NCBI GenBank assembly: GCA_951406725.2
Contig: OX597824.1
Coordinates: 4,960,001-5,024,000 of the forward strand
Reading direction: 5' to 3'
DNA from: Octopus vulgaris
Lineage: Eukaryota
DNA: 64,000 bases
Each line of letters opens with the position of its first letter. Positions within the stretch are counted from its first letter, which is position 1. Shown piece by piece: positions 39,307 through 53,476 of this stretch. The notes beneath the pieces are model-generated. The model was not told the DNA's origin, made no database searches, and saw only the letters and a program-made list of their open reading frames with translations. A program made the position numbers and the translations under genes.

Positions 39307-40343
39307 CACACACATGCACACACACACATGCACACATGAACAAACACACACACGTATATACACAGAGACAGGTATACACAAATGTGCAAAGAAGTACAAA
39401 AGCCAGGTAAACATACCTGCATGCCCTCACACACACTCATGTGTACATACACAAGAGTTCTAGTAACCACACAGGTACATTTATATGTGTGTGTGTAGAT
39501 ATATATATATATTATGTAAATGATAAATGTATGTATGTATATATATACATATATATATATATACGTGTGTATATATATATTATATAAATGATAAATGTAT
39601 GTATATATATATACACGTGTATATATGTGTGTATATATATATACATGTATATATGTGTATGTGTGTGTGTATACAGACACACTTAGAATACACCATTGGT
39701 ACACATATTGTTTTCACATACGCATACTTATACTCACACATATACATACACATATCTGTATGCATGCATTCAGGTATGCATACACACATATATGCATACA
39801 GATACACAAATTCACACGTAAATATATATGCATATAGATATATACACACATAGATATATATGCATATATATGTATATATACACACATATATGTATATACA
39901 CATACACGTGTACACATGTAGGAGCAGCTGCACTCACAGGTATACACACATGTATATGCACATACATAGGTGCACCAGCGGGTATAGAGATGTATACATA
40001 CTTATACACATATACATGCACACACATACTTATACAAATATATATGTGCACACACTTACAAACCAGTATGTACACAAGTATACATACACAGACACAAGTG
40101 CATACACAATCACATACACATATGCATATATATATACAATACACACACACACACAGGTATACACACATATATGTATGTATACACACATGCACACACATAC
40201 ATGGAAGTATATACATATAGATACGCATAATTATACATATGCACTTCACACATACATATACACACTCACACTTACAAAGTCATACAACTACACACATTCA
40301 CACATATACATACATGCACACATGCACAAGTACACACACACAC

Positions 40344-40386
<43 letters not shown>

Positions 40387-40560
40387 GACATATAACGAAT
40401 GTATGGTTTGTCAGTGGTTGTATGTGGTGGTAAGACAATGTGTGAATGTGTGAGTGTGTAGGTACTTGTATATGTGTGTGTGTGCATGTGTGTTTCTATA
40501 TATATTTACACACACACATATACAAGTACACACACACACACACACACATGTGCACACACA
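39267..40560. repeat. Long degenerate (TA/CA/TG) alternating tract
   Basis: Directly visible. Confidence 0.9.
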
Positions 40561-41139
40561 ATCCCATACAGCACAGACAACAACAACACACACGCGCAAC
40601 GCTTCTCTCATCCATCAAACTTGTTATTGTTCAGCCACACCACACACCCTGGCAATGATCTGACGTAATAAACCACCCTGCTATAGGCAACATTGTTAAA
40701 CTGCACCATTGTTAGCCCAGCTTAGAGTCCCTTCCACCCCCATACTCTGTCTGAATACTCAAAACCACCCACTCACCCACATGCAAACTCTCAAACTCAT
40801 ATACACACGTGCACATGGGCCTCAGAGATATTTTTCAAAGTGGTATAAAATAGCTTCTAGGCTTGGAGGTAGGAGGGCTGCTGAAGATTATAAAGGGCTG
40901 TGAGGTTTATTTGTTTATTATTATGATTATTGTAATTAAAGTGACGAGCCAGAAGAATCGTTAGAGCATCAGGCAAAACGCTTAGCAGCATTTCTTCTGG
41001 TTCGTTTAATTAAGATCCAACCAATACTGACTTTAACTTTCATACACTTGGGATTGATAAAATAAAGTACCATTTAAGTACTGGGAATTGATGTGATTGA
41101 CTCTCACCCTCCCACTAAAACTGCTAGTTTCATGCCAAA

Positions 41140-41178
<39 letters not shown>

Positions 41179-41179
41179 A

Positions 41180-41217
<38 letters not shown>

Positions 41218-41772
41218 GAGTGAGAGAGCAGTGCATGCCATCAAAGTGACACTGGGGTAAAATATACAATCCCAATATACCCATCATGACTACCCGTCTG
41301 ATAAGGGTACACTAGGCACATGCATCACAACCATGTGTGCGCGACATGGTGATATCATATCAAGATAAACAGCGCATGACCTTGCAGGTGGGGCCCAGTT
41401 AGAATTTTCTTCAGGTTGAGTAGCCCATCCCGCTCAAAAGGTCCCTGAATAAGGGTTGTTTAAGGATGTTGAAAGAACCACCCATGTTTCCAGAGGTGAA
41501 TTATTCAAACCCCAAAGAATCCCTCTCAACACATGGCTATGATGCTCCCCCACTACTTCTGCTCGTGATCAGAGATGCACATATCGTCAGCCACTAAGGG
41601 ACATGCTCAACAGGTTAAGGTCAAACAACTGACAAGCAAATCTGTGGTATTGAGCAGAATATTTGCTGTAGCCCATCTTTTACACCAAGACAAAACAATG
41701 TACATGATAACACTTCCAATCAGTTAAGATCAGAAGCCATGAGAGCCACTGCCTGGTACTGCATCAGGGCAT
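41218..41772. mobile_element. ~555-bp non-coding element inserted in (TTA)n, copy 1
   Basis: Bounded by (TTA)n on both sides; aligns end to end with 41826-42661. Confidence 0.8.
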
Positions 41773-41825
41773 TTATTATTATTATTATTATTTTTATTAT
41801 TATTATCATCATCATTATTATTATT

Positions 41826-42661
41826 GAATGAGAGAGCAGCGCATGCCATCAAAGTGACACTGGGGTAAAATATATGAAGCCCAGTATACCCATCATGACT
41901 ACCCGTCTGATAAGGGTACACCAGGCACATGCATCACAACCATATATGTGTAACATGGTGGTCTCATATCAGGGTAAACAGCACATGACCTTGCAGGTGA
42001 AGCCCAGTTAGAATTTTCTTCAGGTTGAATAGCCCATGCCGCTCGAATGGTCCTTGAAAAAGGGTTTTTTAAGGATGTTGAATGAAACACCCATGTTTCC
42101 AAAGGGGAATTATTGAAACCTCTAAGAATTCCTCTCAACACATGGCCATGATGCTCCCCCGCTACTTCTGCTCGTGATCAGAGATACACATATCATCAGC
42201 CACTAAGGGACATGCTCAACTGGTTAAGGTCAAACAACTGCGACGAGCTGGTTAAGGCGGCGAGCTGGCAGAAACGTTAACATGCCGGGTGAAATGCTTT
42301 GCAGTATTTTGTCTGCCGTTACGTTCTGAGTTCAAATTCCGCTGAGGTCAACTTTGCCTTTCATCCTTTCAGGGCCGATAAATTAAGTACCAGTTACGCA
42401 CTGGGGTCGATGTAATCAACTTAATCTCTTTGTCTGTCCTCTCTGTGTTTAGCTCCTTGTGGGTAGTAAAGAAATAGGTATTGCGCAGAATATTTGCTGT
42501 AGCCCATCTTTTATACCAAGACAAAACTATGTACATGATAAGACTTCTTATCGTTTTAGATCAGAAACCACGAGAGCCACTGCCTGGTACTGCATCAGGG
42601 CATAGCCACTGCCTGGTACTGTATCAGGGTATAACCACTGTCTAGTATTGCATCAGGGCAT
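41826..42661. mobile_element. Same (TTA)n-embedded element, copy 2, interrupted by SINE D (~42256-42476)
   Basis: Colinear with copy 1; terminal 29-bp unit triplicated at 42575-42661. Confidence 0.8.
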
Positions 42662-42721
42662 TTATTATTATTATTGTTGTTATTATTATTATCATCATCA
42701 TCATTGTTGTTGTTGTTGTTG

Positions 42722-42773
<52 letters not shown>

Positions 42774-43542
42774 GTTTGAAGGAGGAGTTTCTGAGACATT
42801 CATGTCCTTCTCCTCAGCTCTCTGGAACCCCCAGACCAACGAGGTGGATGAATACACGCACACACATTCACACACTAACATCTGAATGAACTCTGAGAAA
42901 CTGGATACACCACACCAGGCTGAGGATGTGAGAATGATATCAGATTGGATCCTGACCACAAACCAATCCCAACTTCAGCTTATGTGACTCACCATGGGCC
43001 CACCACAACGATGAATAATAGCTAAATGGAATTAAAACTCTAGTCTTGGAGTTGGAATATTTAGACTTAAGAGAAATGACTCACAAAGAGCATAGCCATA
43101 GATTGATTAAAATAAATAATGGTGAGATACTCAATGACAAAGGTGAAAAGATTCTCACTTGAAATTTCCCTTTTAGTTGGAGAAAGAAAGTAAAAAACTA
43201 ATGACTGTTGTTACTAATGCTCAAAGTGAAAAGGAGACAATTTCCCGAAATATTTATGCTTTTAAAAATTTTTCTTTTGGCTAGAATAGGTCAGAGGAAT
43301 ATATTATTGTGGCATTGTTTTAGATTTGTACGTTCTTCCTGTCACTAATCTTTACCTCTTTTCAAGAAAAAAAAACTTCTTCTGCACCTTTTGAAGGTAT
43401 GAAGAAAAGAGTTTTTGTTGGCATGAGAAATCACAACAACAACAACAACAACAATATCAACAACATCAGCAATAACACTATTCGTAACTTGTGACTTTCG
43501 CACAACACACATGTAAACACACACACACACACACATACACGT

Positions 43543-43578
<36 letters not shown>

Positions 43579-43922
43579 CGTTCACATAATCAAGATATCC
43601 TTGGCCTGAAAAGTAGCCAGTGGTATACACCCACCTTGGATTTTACTACTGCTGAGATTCCACTTGCTTGAAACATATACAGCCCAGATTTCCCATAATC
43701 CATTCCAGTAATTCTTGTATTCTTTTTCGCACACTTGGCAACCCTGGTTGCCTACCGAGGAATATAAAAAGAACTTTTTTCAGCTCAATGTTCTTCGATA
43801 AACACAAAAAAAATCCGCAGTTCCTGAAAGCTGTTTGTTTTTATATTCACCATGGATTGCTTGAAACTAACTTTCTTCTTACACCTCAATCCTTGAATCA
43901 TACATTTATTAATACATATATG

Positions 43923-43992
<70 letters not shown>

Positions 43993-43994
<2 letters not shown>

Positions 43995-44362
43995 CTCTTA
44001 CTCTTTTACTTGTTTCAGTCATTTGACTGCGGCCATGCTGGAGCACCGCCTTCAGTCGAGCAACTCGACCCCGGGACTTATTCTTTTTGTAAGCCCAGTA
44101 CTTATTCTATCGGTCTCTTTTTGCCGAACCGCTAAGTGACGGAGACATAAACACACCAGCATCGGTTGTCAAGCAATGCTAGGGGGACAAACACAGACAC
44201 ACAAACACACACACGCATATACATATATATATATACATATATACGACAGGCTTCTTTCAGTTTCCGTCTACCAAAACCACTCACAAGGCATTGGTCTGCC
44301 CGGGGCTATAGCAGAAGACACTTGCCCAAGATGCCACGCAGTGGGACTGAACCCGGAACCAT
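43993..44362 (-). mobile_element. SINE family A, head truncated
   Basis: Family A blocks. Confidence 0.88.
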
Positions 44363-44594
44363 ATATATATATTTACACACACACACATATATATATAAGA
44401 AGAAAAGGAAAATGGAGATTGGAAAGTTAATAATTGTTTATTAAGAAGAGCAAATTAATCATCATCCCTAATTGCTGTTTCAATTAATACTCATTAAATA
44501 TTGAGTAAATATCAAATTAATATGACCAAAGCATAATATCTTCAGAGGGGTTAAAAATATACCCTTGGGTGTTTTATATGTGTTTATAGATTCA

Positions 44595-44981
44595 CTAGCA
44601 GTATCGCCCGGCGTTGCTCAGGTTTGTAAGGGAAATAACTATAAAGCATTTTTAGAGAGTTATAGCCAAAAAATAGCAAAAAAATGGAAAAAAAATTATG
44701 GTAAATTTTTTTTTGAGAGTTAAAAAAGGATGGAGTTGCGTCCCCTAGACAGTTTGTGGTTCGTGTTTCTGATTCTCGACCCCATGTCGAATTTATCGAT
44801 TTTTTTCAGAACTGGGGAAACTTTTCAAAATTTTGGCTGCGTTAGTTTTGAATTATGACATTGGGCTATGTGTGTGTCAAGTTTCATCAGAATCGGTTGA
44901 AAGCCGTGGTCAGGGTGAGGGTACAAGCAAACAGACACACAGAAACACGCACAGACAAACTGCCGTTTATATGTAGAGAGA
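44595..44981 (-). mobile_element. Complete non-autonomous Helitron (387 bp)
   Basis: Minus strand reads a|TCTCTCTACATATAAACGG ... hairpin ... CTAG|t, with no TSD. Confidence 0.88.
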
Positions 44982-45044
44982 TTATAGCAGACTGAATGAT
45001 ACTGTTTATGATTTCTTATAAAACATCCAGGGGTATATTTTTTT

Positions 45045-45085
45045 ATATGTATGTATGTGTGTATGTAAGTTTCAATACATGTATG

Positions 45086-45116
<31 letters not shown>

Positions 45117-45122
45117 GTTTCA

Positions 45123-45155
<33 letters not shown>

Positions 45156-45450
45156 TGTATGTATGTATGTATGTATGTATGTATGTATATATGTATGTGT
45201 GTATGTATGTGTGTATGTATGTGTGTATGTATGTATGTATGTATGTACGTACATACGTATGCATGTATGTATGTATGTATGTGTATGTATGTATGTACGT
45301 GTGTGTGTATGTATGTATGTATGTATGTATGTATGAATGTATGTACGTGTGTGTATGTATGTATGTATGTATCTATGTATGTATGTATGTATGTATGTAT
45401 GTATGTATGTATGTATGTATGTGTGTATGTATGTGTGTGTGTATGTATAT
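45045..45450. repeat. (TATG)n microsatellite
   Basis: Directly visible. Confidence 0.95.
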
Positions 45451-45841
45451 GATGGGCTTCTTCCACTTTCAAGGGTTTGGTTGCTGTAAGGCTATAATAA
45501 AAAATTGAACTTGTTACCCCATGGTTGGGTAACAAACTCGTTAACCACACAGTAAATCTAATTTCCATGTTTAATGAGAAAAATCTGACCTTTAATCCTT
45601 TTTTTCATTTTTATCTGTTTCTGTCAATGGACTGCAACCATATTGGGGCACGTAGGCCTTAAAAGGTTTCAGTCAAACAGCTTGACCCCAGGACTTGTTT
45701 TTAGAAACCAGTTACTTATTTCATTTTTTCTTTGTTGAACCACTAAGTTAGAAGTTATGTGGATGTAAACAAACCAACACCAGTTGTCAAGTTTTGGATG
45801 GAAGGGAAACACAGCAACCCAAATACACATGTACATACATA

Positions 45842-46260
45842 GGCGCAGGAGTGGCTGTGTGGTAAGTAGCTTGCTTACCAACCACATGGTTCCAGGTTCA
45901 GTCCCACTGCGTGGCAATTTGGGCAAGTGTCTTCTACTATAGCCTCGGGCCGACCAAAGCCTTGTAAGTGGATTTGGGTAGACGGAAACTGAAAGAAGCC
46001 TGTCGTATATATGTATCTATATGTGTGTGTGTGTGTGTGTTTGTGCGTCTGTGTTTGTCCCCCTAGCATTGCTTGACAACCGATGCTGGTGTGTTTATGT
46101 CCCCATCACTTAGCGGTTCGGCAAAACAGACCGATAGAATAAGTACTGGGCTTACAAAGAATAAGTCCCGAGGTCGAGTTGCTCGACTAAAGGCAGCGCT
46201 CCAGCATGGCCACAGTCAAATGACTGAAACAAGTAAAAGAGAGAAAGAGAGAGTAAAGAG
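45842..46260 (+). mobile_element. SINE family A, full length
   Basis: GGCGCAGGAGTGGCTGTGTGG...AAACAAGTAAAAGAG. Confidence 0.92.
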
Positions 46261-46687
46261 TATACATACGCACGACAATTTTCCTCTGCCAAATTTATTG
46301 GTCAGCCCAAGGTTATAGTAGAAGACAATTACCCAAGGTGCAGTGCATTGGGACTGAACCCAAAACCATGTGTTAGCAAAGTAAGCTACTTAACTATACA
46401 AACGTAGCTGTGCCTATATTTGCAGGCTCTACTGTGCTGAAGAGGTCACATGATGCAGAAACATGTTCTTTTTTTTCCTCTTGTCTGCAAACGAAGATCA
46501 GAATTCTTTTGTCCTGAGCATGTAAATTAACATAATTAAAGTTTTCATTAAATTTTTGAACTTATCTCTTTCTTTCTATGGGTGTTGCTAATAATTAGTT
46601 CTAGGCTCTTGTTTTCTTTCTCAAAATTAGAAAAAAATTTCAGCTTATTGAGATTTATTTATTCATTTATTTATTTATTATTATTAT

Positions 46688-47081
46688 TCAGTAGTTTTAT
46701 TTTTATAGCGTGCTTTCACTTCACTACCGAGCGCAGCTCTGTGTGCCTTGGGTATGTGCTGTGATTTGTTGTGATGCTCTGATGGTTATTGTATGGAAAG
46801 TGTTCTGCGTAGGATGTGTGCAGTGCCTAGTAGAGCAATTTTCTGTATGTTATATGTGTTTGTAAGTCCTGGTGTTTTTGTTATGTATTTGTCTGAATAT
46901 TTTTTTATCATGCCTAATGCACCTACTATGATAGGAATTGTTTCTGTTTTCAGATTCCACATTCTAGTTACCTCTATTTCCAGGTCTTTGTATTTTGAGA
47001 GTTTCTCCATTTCTTTTAGAGACACGTTGTCATCTGCCGGTATTGATACATCACGTTGTCATCTGCCGGTATTGATACATC
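46688..47081 (-). mobile_element. R4/Dong-like non-LTR retrotransposon 3' fragment (restriction-like endonuclease C-terminus)
   Basis: DVSIPADDNVSLKEMEKLSKYKDLEIEV..MW....IPIIVGALG...IQKIALLGTAHILRR; flanked by (TTA)n. Confidence 0.88.
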
Positions 47082-47100
47082 ATTATTATTATTATTATTA

Positions 47101-47141
<41 letters not shown>

Positions 47142-47269
47142 TTGCATGTCATTTAATACATTACCTCTTAACTATTTACATAGTTTAAAGCATCATGAAA
47201 TACCAGGCCAGCCATGATATAATTACACACACACACACACACACACATACATATATTTGTATATATAAC

Positions 47270-47668
47270 TATGGCTGTGTGGTAAGTAGCTTGCTAACCA
47301 ACCACATGGTTGTGGGTTCAGTCCCACTGCGTGGCACCTTGGGCAAGTGTCTTCTGCTATAGCCTCGGGCCGACCAATGCCTTGTGAGTGGATTTCGTAG
47401 GCGGAAACTGAAAGAAGCCCGTCGTATATATGTATATATATATATGTATGTGTGTGTTTGTGTGTTTGTGTTTGTCCCCCTAGCATTGCTTGACAACCGA
47501 TGCTGGTGTGTTTACGTCCCCGTTACTTAGTGGTTCGGCAAAAGCGACCGATAGAATAAGTACTGGGCTTACAAAAGAATAAGTCCCGGGGTTGAGTTGC
47601 TCGATTAAAGGCGGTGCTCCAGCATGGCCGCAGTCAAATGACTGAAACAAGTAAAAGAGTAAAAGAGT
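47270..47668 (+). mobile_element. SINE family A
   Basis: All blocks present. Confidence 0.9.
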
Positions 47669-47705
47669 ATATATACATACATATATATATATACACACAC
47701 ACACA

Positions 47706-47930
47706 CATGTAATCCCTCGCGATACCACGGTTCACTTATCACGGTTTATTATTTAAGCATATATCAATCCCTCCGTGATGTTGTTTTGCATTCATGATAA
47801 AACAAATACATACAAATTATAAAAATAATTTTTAAAAATATACAGTAGAGTACTGTTTCTACTTCGCGGATTTTCACCTATCGCGTGGGAGGATTTGGAA
47901 CGTAACACCTGCAATAGTCAAGAGATTACT
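47706..47930. mobile_element. Tigger/pogo-like MITE
   Basis: Ends GTAATCCCTCG ... AAGAGATTACTG|TA; internal TTCGCGGATTTTCACCTATCGCG. Confidence 0.6.
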
Positions 47931-47931
47931 G

Positions 47932-47981
<50 letters not shown>

Positions 47982-48569
47982 TATATAATATAAATAAGAA
48001 AATAGAGAAACAAATTCATTTCATTCATCAACTTACGGATATTGCAATTTCACATTATTTATTAATTATACAAATGGGGGTTACATACATAACCCCTATC
48101 TTACTTTGTATATATATGCATGTATGTATGTATGTATGTATGTATGTATGTATGTATCAGCAAGGAAAGTGGATGTTAAACAATGATGATGATACATATT
48201 TATATATATACACACACATAAACACACATATATTTCAAAAATATATAAATTTCTATTGCATGTACATATGTATATAAATATATGGACATATACATACATA
48301 CATACATACATACATGCATGCATACATACATACATGCATACATACATACATACATACATGCATACATACACACACATACGTACATATATGTATATATACA
48401 TACACACACATATATATACATGCATACATATACACACACATACATACAAACACATACATCCACACATACATACAGATACATACATACACACATATACACA
48501 TACACACATACATACATATGTACACACACATACACACACACATACACATATATACACACATACACACAT

Positions 48570-48600
<31 letters not shown>

Positions 48601-49241
48601 GATACAAGTGTGCATGTCAGCATAATAACCACAGAAGGAAGTTAATCCTTAGGATGTCAAGCAAAAAGAAGCAAATAAGAAAAAAAAGAAGAAAAAAAGG
48701 TAAAAGAAAAACAAACAAAAAGAAGAAGCAAGCATGGCAATTAATTGTGGAAAGCGACTCGTTTAAGATTCTCATATTAACGAAGAAGAAGAACAAAAAG
48801 AGAAACGAGAGGAACGAAAGAAGGAAATTAGGAAAAAGACAAAATTAATTCGTGTAAAAAGAAAAAAAGAAAAAAAAACCAAAACAAAATAAAAGAAAAC
48901 TAGAACCACTGGTCTGCTAACCATCCAAGCAATTAGTTAACTAATTTAACTTAACGAATAAATGATGAACAATGAATGAACCATCTCACCAGTAAGCTAA
49001 CCAGACCAGTCTGTTGTACCGAGAGGCAAATGACAACACGTGTACAGACACACTCACACAAACTCACATACACTCATGCTACACACACACACACAAACAC
49101 ACACAAACACACACACACACACGCACGCATATACACATATCCATTCACGCACACAAACACACATAATCAGATAAACTTTTTTCTTTAGAAACTATAGCAA
49201 ATGCAATCAATACAAAAAAAGGTTTATGAAATAGGTAAAAC

Positions 49242-49288
<47 letters not shown>

Positions 49289-49555
49289 GTATATATACAT
49301 ACACATATACATACACATATACATACATACATACATACATACATAATATAAAATGTAAATTAGAGATAAAACCACTATTATGCAACTGAAACAGTGATAG
49401 ACACAAACCAATTCATAAATAACCAATATAAATATATAAATTTTTTTTTTATAAATATATAACTTATAACTAGATCTCAAAAAGTATAAAATGAATGATA
49501 AATATATAATATAATGTGTATACATATATATGCATATACATATATATCCACTACA

Positions 49556-49727
49556 TATTCTTTATTTTCTCTCCTTGTTTCTTTCTGTCTTCCTTTCTGT
49601 AGAAGAGCGTAGGCTCGAAATGTTAAAGACTTTTTCACTTTTTCACTTCCTGAGTGTTAACCTAATACATCTATTTGTTGTCTACACCACCTGTCTTCGT
49701 CCTTTGTTTTTTTGTGAATTCTCCCTA
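49556..49727. repeat. Short unclassified element embedded in a (TA)n-rich tract
   Basis: Complex sequence between TA-rich tracts, containing GAAGAGCGTAGGCTCGAAA; single copy in this window. Confidence 0.4.
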
Positions 49728-50509
49728 TATATATATATTATATAAATATAAACATATATACATGAATTGAGTGTTTTATATATGTACATATGTATATATA
49801 CACACATGCACACACACAGACATATATATATATATATATATACACACTCATACATATATGTATTTATGTATATATGAACATGTATTATGTGTGCGTGTAT
49901 GTGTATGTGTGTATGTATGTATGTGTGTATGCATTACAATTGCCCGAGTGTATATTACATATACATTGTGTCAACTCAACATAGACAAGGACGAAGATAA
50001 TGTTACATGCACCCCCCCCCCACCCGCCATCACCACCACCACCACCACCACCACCACAACAGAATGAAGTCCTTGGATTCTGCATAACAAATGATGCACA
50101 GACTGATGCATATTGATGCTGGTGCACATCTCCATGCATTCCCTTTCCCTTTCTCTCACAATCTGTCTGTTTGTCTGTCTGCCTCTTGTGACCCGCCCCC
50201 CCCACCTGCACACACCCGTATTCATACGTATATGTGCATATATATGTGTGTGTGTGTGAGTGCATGTGTATATATATCTGCGTGTGTGTGTGTGTGTGTA
50301 TGTGTATAAATATATATATATCATCATCATCATCATCGCCTCTTGTGACACCTCCACCTGCACACATATTTATACATACATCTGTATATATGTGTGTGTG
50401 TGAGTACATGTGTATATATATCTGCATGTGTGTATGTGTGTGTGTATAAATATATATAACATCATCATCATCATCATCATTTAATGTCCACTTGCCATGC
50501 TATATATAA

Positions 50510-50540
<31 letters not shown>

Positions 50541-51260
50541 TAAACATACGGACACAAATCTGTTCTACTTTATCTCTCCTTTCCTCTTCCTTCTCCCTGT
50601 CTTTTCCTCTACTCGCTCTCTCTCTCTCTCTCTCTCTCTTCCCCCTCTCCTCCTCTTCCTCCTCCTCCTCCCTCTCCCCCGCTTTCGTTTTCACTCCAAA
50701 GCGATACAGAAACTTAACCTGCAAATGCAAAGCACATCTAACTTGACCAAGTCTACACAAACCACGGTGCACTCACCGTTTCAAAAGAAAAAGAAAAAAA
50801 AGCAAGAACAAAACAAAAGGAGACTAACAGGCATATTTTGTTCATCAAATATTCATCTTCTATCATTAACAACATGAATTCATTTATTTAAAAAAACAAA
50901 ACAAAAAAAACAAAAAAATACAAAAAAAGACAGAATCAAAACAAAAACCAGTCTTATCAATTATTTTCACTTTTCCACACCATCTTGTTTTTGATTCTTA
51001 CCAGCTATTTCTAATCCACTGGACTCACTACACATCCACTGTTGATTTCTTCCTTTTCTCTCGCTCGATTTCAGTGTTTGCCTATCTATCTATCTATCTA
51101 TCTGTCTATCTATCCATCTGGACGTCTACCTCACTACCTACCTATTTACTCATTTACCTGTCCATCAATTAATTTGTCTATAAGCCTTGCCATCCATCTA
51201 TCAATCTACCTACCTTTTCATCTACTCATCTATCCATCTTTCTATCTATCTATCTATCAC

Positions 51261-51295
<35 letters not shown>

Positions 51296-52528
51296 GTCTG
51301 TCTATCTATCTATCTGTCTGTCTGTCTGTCTATCTTCTATCTATCTATCTATCTATCTATCCATCCATCCATCTAGACATCTACCTACCTGTCTACCTCT
51401 CTACCTACCTATTCACTTATTTACCTGCCCCATCTATCAATTAATTTGTCTACAAGCCTTGCCATCCACCTATCAATCTAACCTACCCATCCATCTCTAC
51501 CTCTATCTATCTATCTATCTATCTATCTGCCAGTCTGTCATTTTAAAATACCTTCCTTTATAAGTTATCATTTCTACCTGCCAAAATGTCGCTGGGATTT
51601 ATTAAGAAAAAAGTCAACATCAAGTTTCATTGGGGTTCAAAATCTGGTAAGTAAACCTTACAAACCAATTTCTTCTCTTTGTTTTTCTGTTCTCTTTCCT
51701 TTTGTTTTCATTCTTTCTTTTTTTCTGCTGCTTCACAAATTATTTACTTAAAATAAAAAAATTCTACCATTGAGCTACGGCCAGAAATTTTTAGGAAAGC
51801 TACAGTCAATTAATTAGTCTTCTTTTCGGTATTTTACTAGTAATTATTTTTATGGGAATGAGCTTCAGGTTGATGTTGTATCTGATTACATCGTTAAAAG
51901 GACAGATATTATGTGGGAGAGATTAGTTGATTTGTTGACCCCTGTACTTTATTGTCTGACCTGGAAGGATGAAAGGAAAAGTTGAATGTAGCAGTATTAG
52001 AACTCAGAACGTGAAGAATTGGAATAAATACTACAATGATAGCTAACAAAAAAAAAATATATTGTCCTAATGAGAAAAACAAAATAAAACAAAAAACAAA
52101 CAAGAAAAAATAACAACAAAAATACAAGAGAAATGGCAACAAAAAAATAATTGCTTCTAACATAAGAACTGAAATATGAAGAAAGGGAAACAGTTGGTTA
52201 TATAGATACCAATATATGACTGGTATTTTATTCTGTCAATTCCTGGTGGAATGAAAAGCAGCAACTACAAAATACAAAGATGTTTGCTAAAAACTAGAGT
52301 TACAACAACAACAACAACAACAACACCAAATTTATCTGTTCGTCCCAATCGGTTATAAGAACTGGGTCTTTAGGTGTCTTCAGGGAAATCCACTCTTTTG
52401 CAAGCATTGAAGACCAGGTCTCCAGTCCTTTCACCCATGACAGAAATCCTGAGAAGAATAGGTGATGCTGACCCCCACCACTTTCCTTTTGTCTAAAACC
52501 AGCAATAAATAAATAAATAAATATTATT

Positions 52529-52529
<1 letters not shown>

Positions 52530-52580
<51 letters not shown>

Positions 52581-53026
52581 TGTATGTATGTATGTATGTA
52601 TGTATGTATGTATGTATGTATGCATGTATGCATACATGTATGTGTGTATGCATGTATGTGTGTATGTATGTATGTATGTATGTATGTATGTATGTATGTG
52701 TGTATGTGTGTGTGTGTGTGTATGTATGTGTGTATGCATGTATGTGTGTATGTATGTATGTATGTATGTATGTATGTATGTATGTGTGTATGTGTGTGTG
52801 TATGTATGTATGTATGTATGCATGTATGTATGTATGTATGTATGTATGTATGTATGTGTGTGTGTATGTATGTATGTGTGTATGTATGTATGTATGTATG
52901 TATGTGTGTGTGTGTATGTATGTATGTGTGTATGTATGTATGTATGTATGTATGTATGTATGTATGTATGTATGTATGTATGCATGTATGTATGTATGTA
53001 TGTGTGTATGTGTGTGTGTGTGTGTA
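52530..53026. repeat. (TATG)n microsatellite
   Basis: Directly visible. Confidence 0.95.
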
Positions 53027-53476
53027 CTATGACTCTTAAAATTAGAGAAGTTGAGGATTCATGCTCTGTTCTGTTGTTGTGTGTTTTTTTTTTGTTTTTG
53101 CTGATTTGTTGATGTTGTTTGTGTTGTAATATATATTTTTTTTCCAAATTTTTCTTTGTTGCTATCGATTTATTATTGATGTCATCATTGCTGTGGTTGT
53201 TGTGCAGCTCCAGATCAGAGCAGACCTAGGATGGAATGCAATCTAGCCATGACCATCCCGCCATAGATAGAATGCATTTCATCCTAGGAAATATATTGCA
53301 CTGCATTGTTCAACCCTTTCATTACCAAATTCCTCCCATTGAAGCGCTCTGCTTTTGTTTCAATTTATTTTTAAAACAATGAAGAATTTTGGTAAAATAC
53401 CAAAGTCATTCATTATTGAGTCTGTGTTTGGGACATAAATTAATATGGAATTTTGGAGGAAAATTTTCATCTAGAT

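Noticed and set aside
46436-46470. Hammerhead-like CTGAAGAG...GAAAC
   Set aside because: Stem II is disrupted and no stem I partner is evident.
49598-49625. Hammerhead-like GAAGAGCGTAGGCTCGAAA
   Set aside because: The CUGA core is absent in this copy; cannot support a ribozyme without the family consensus.
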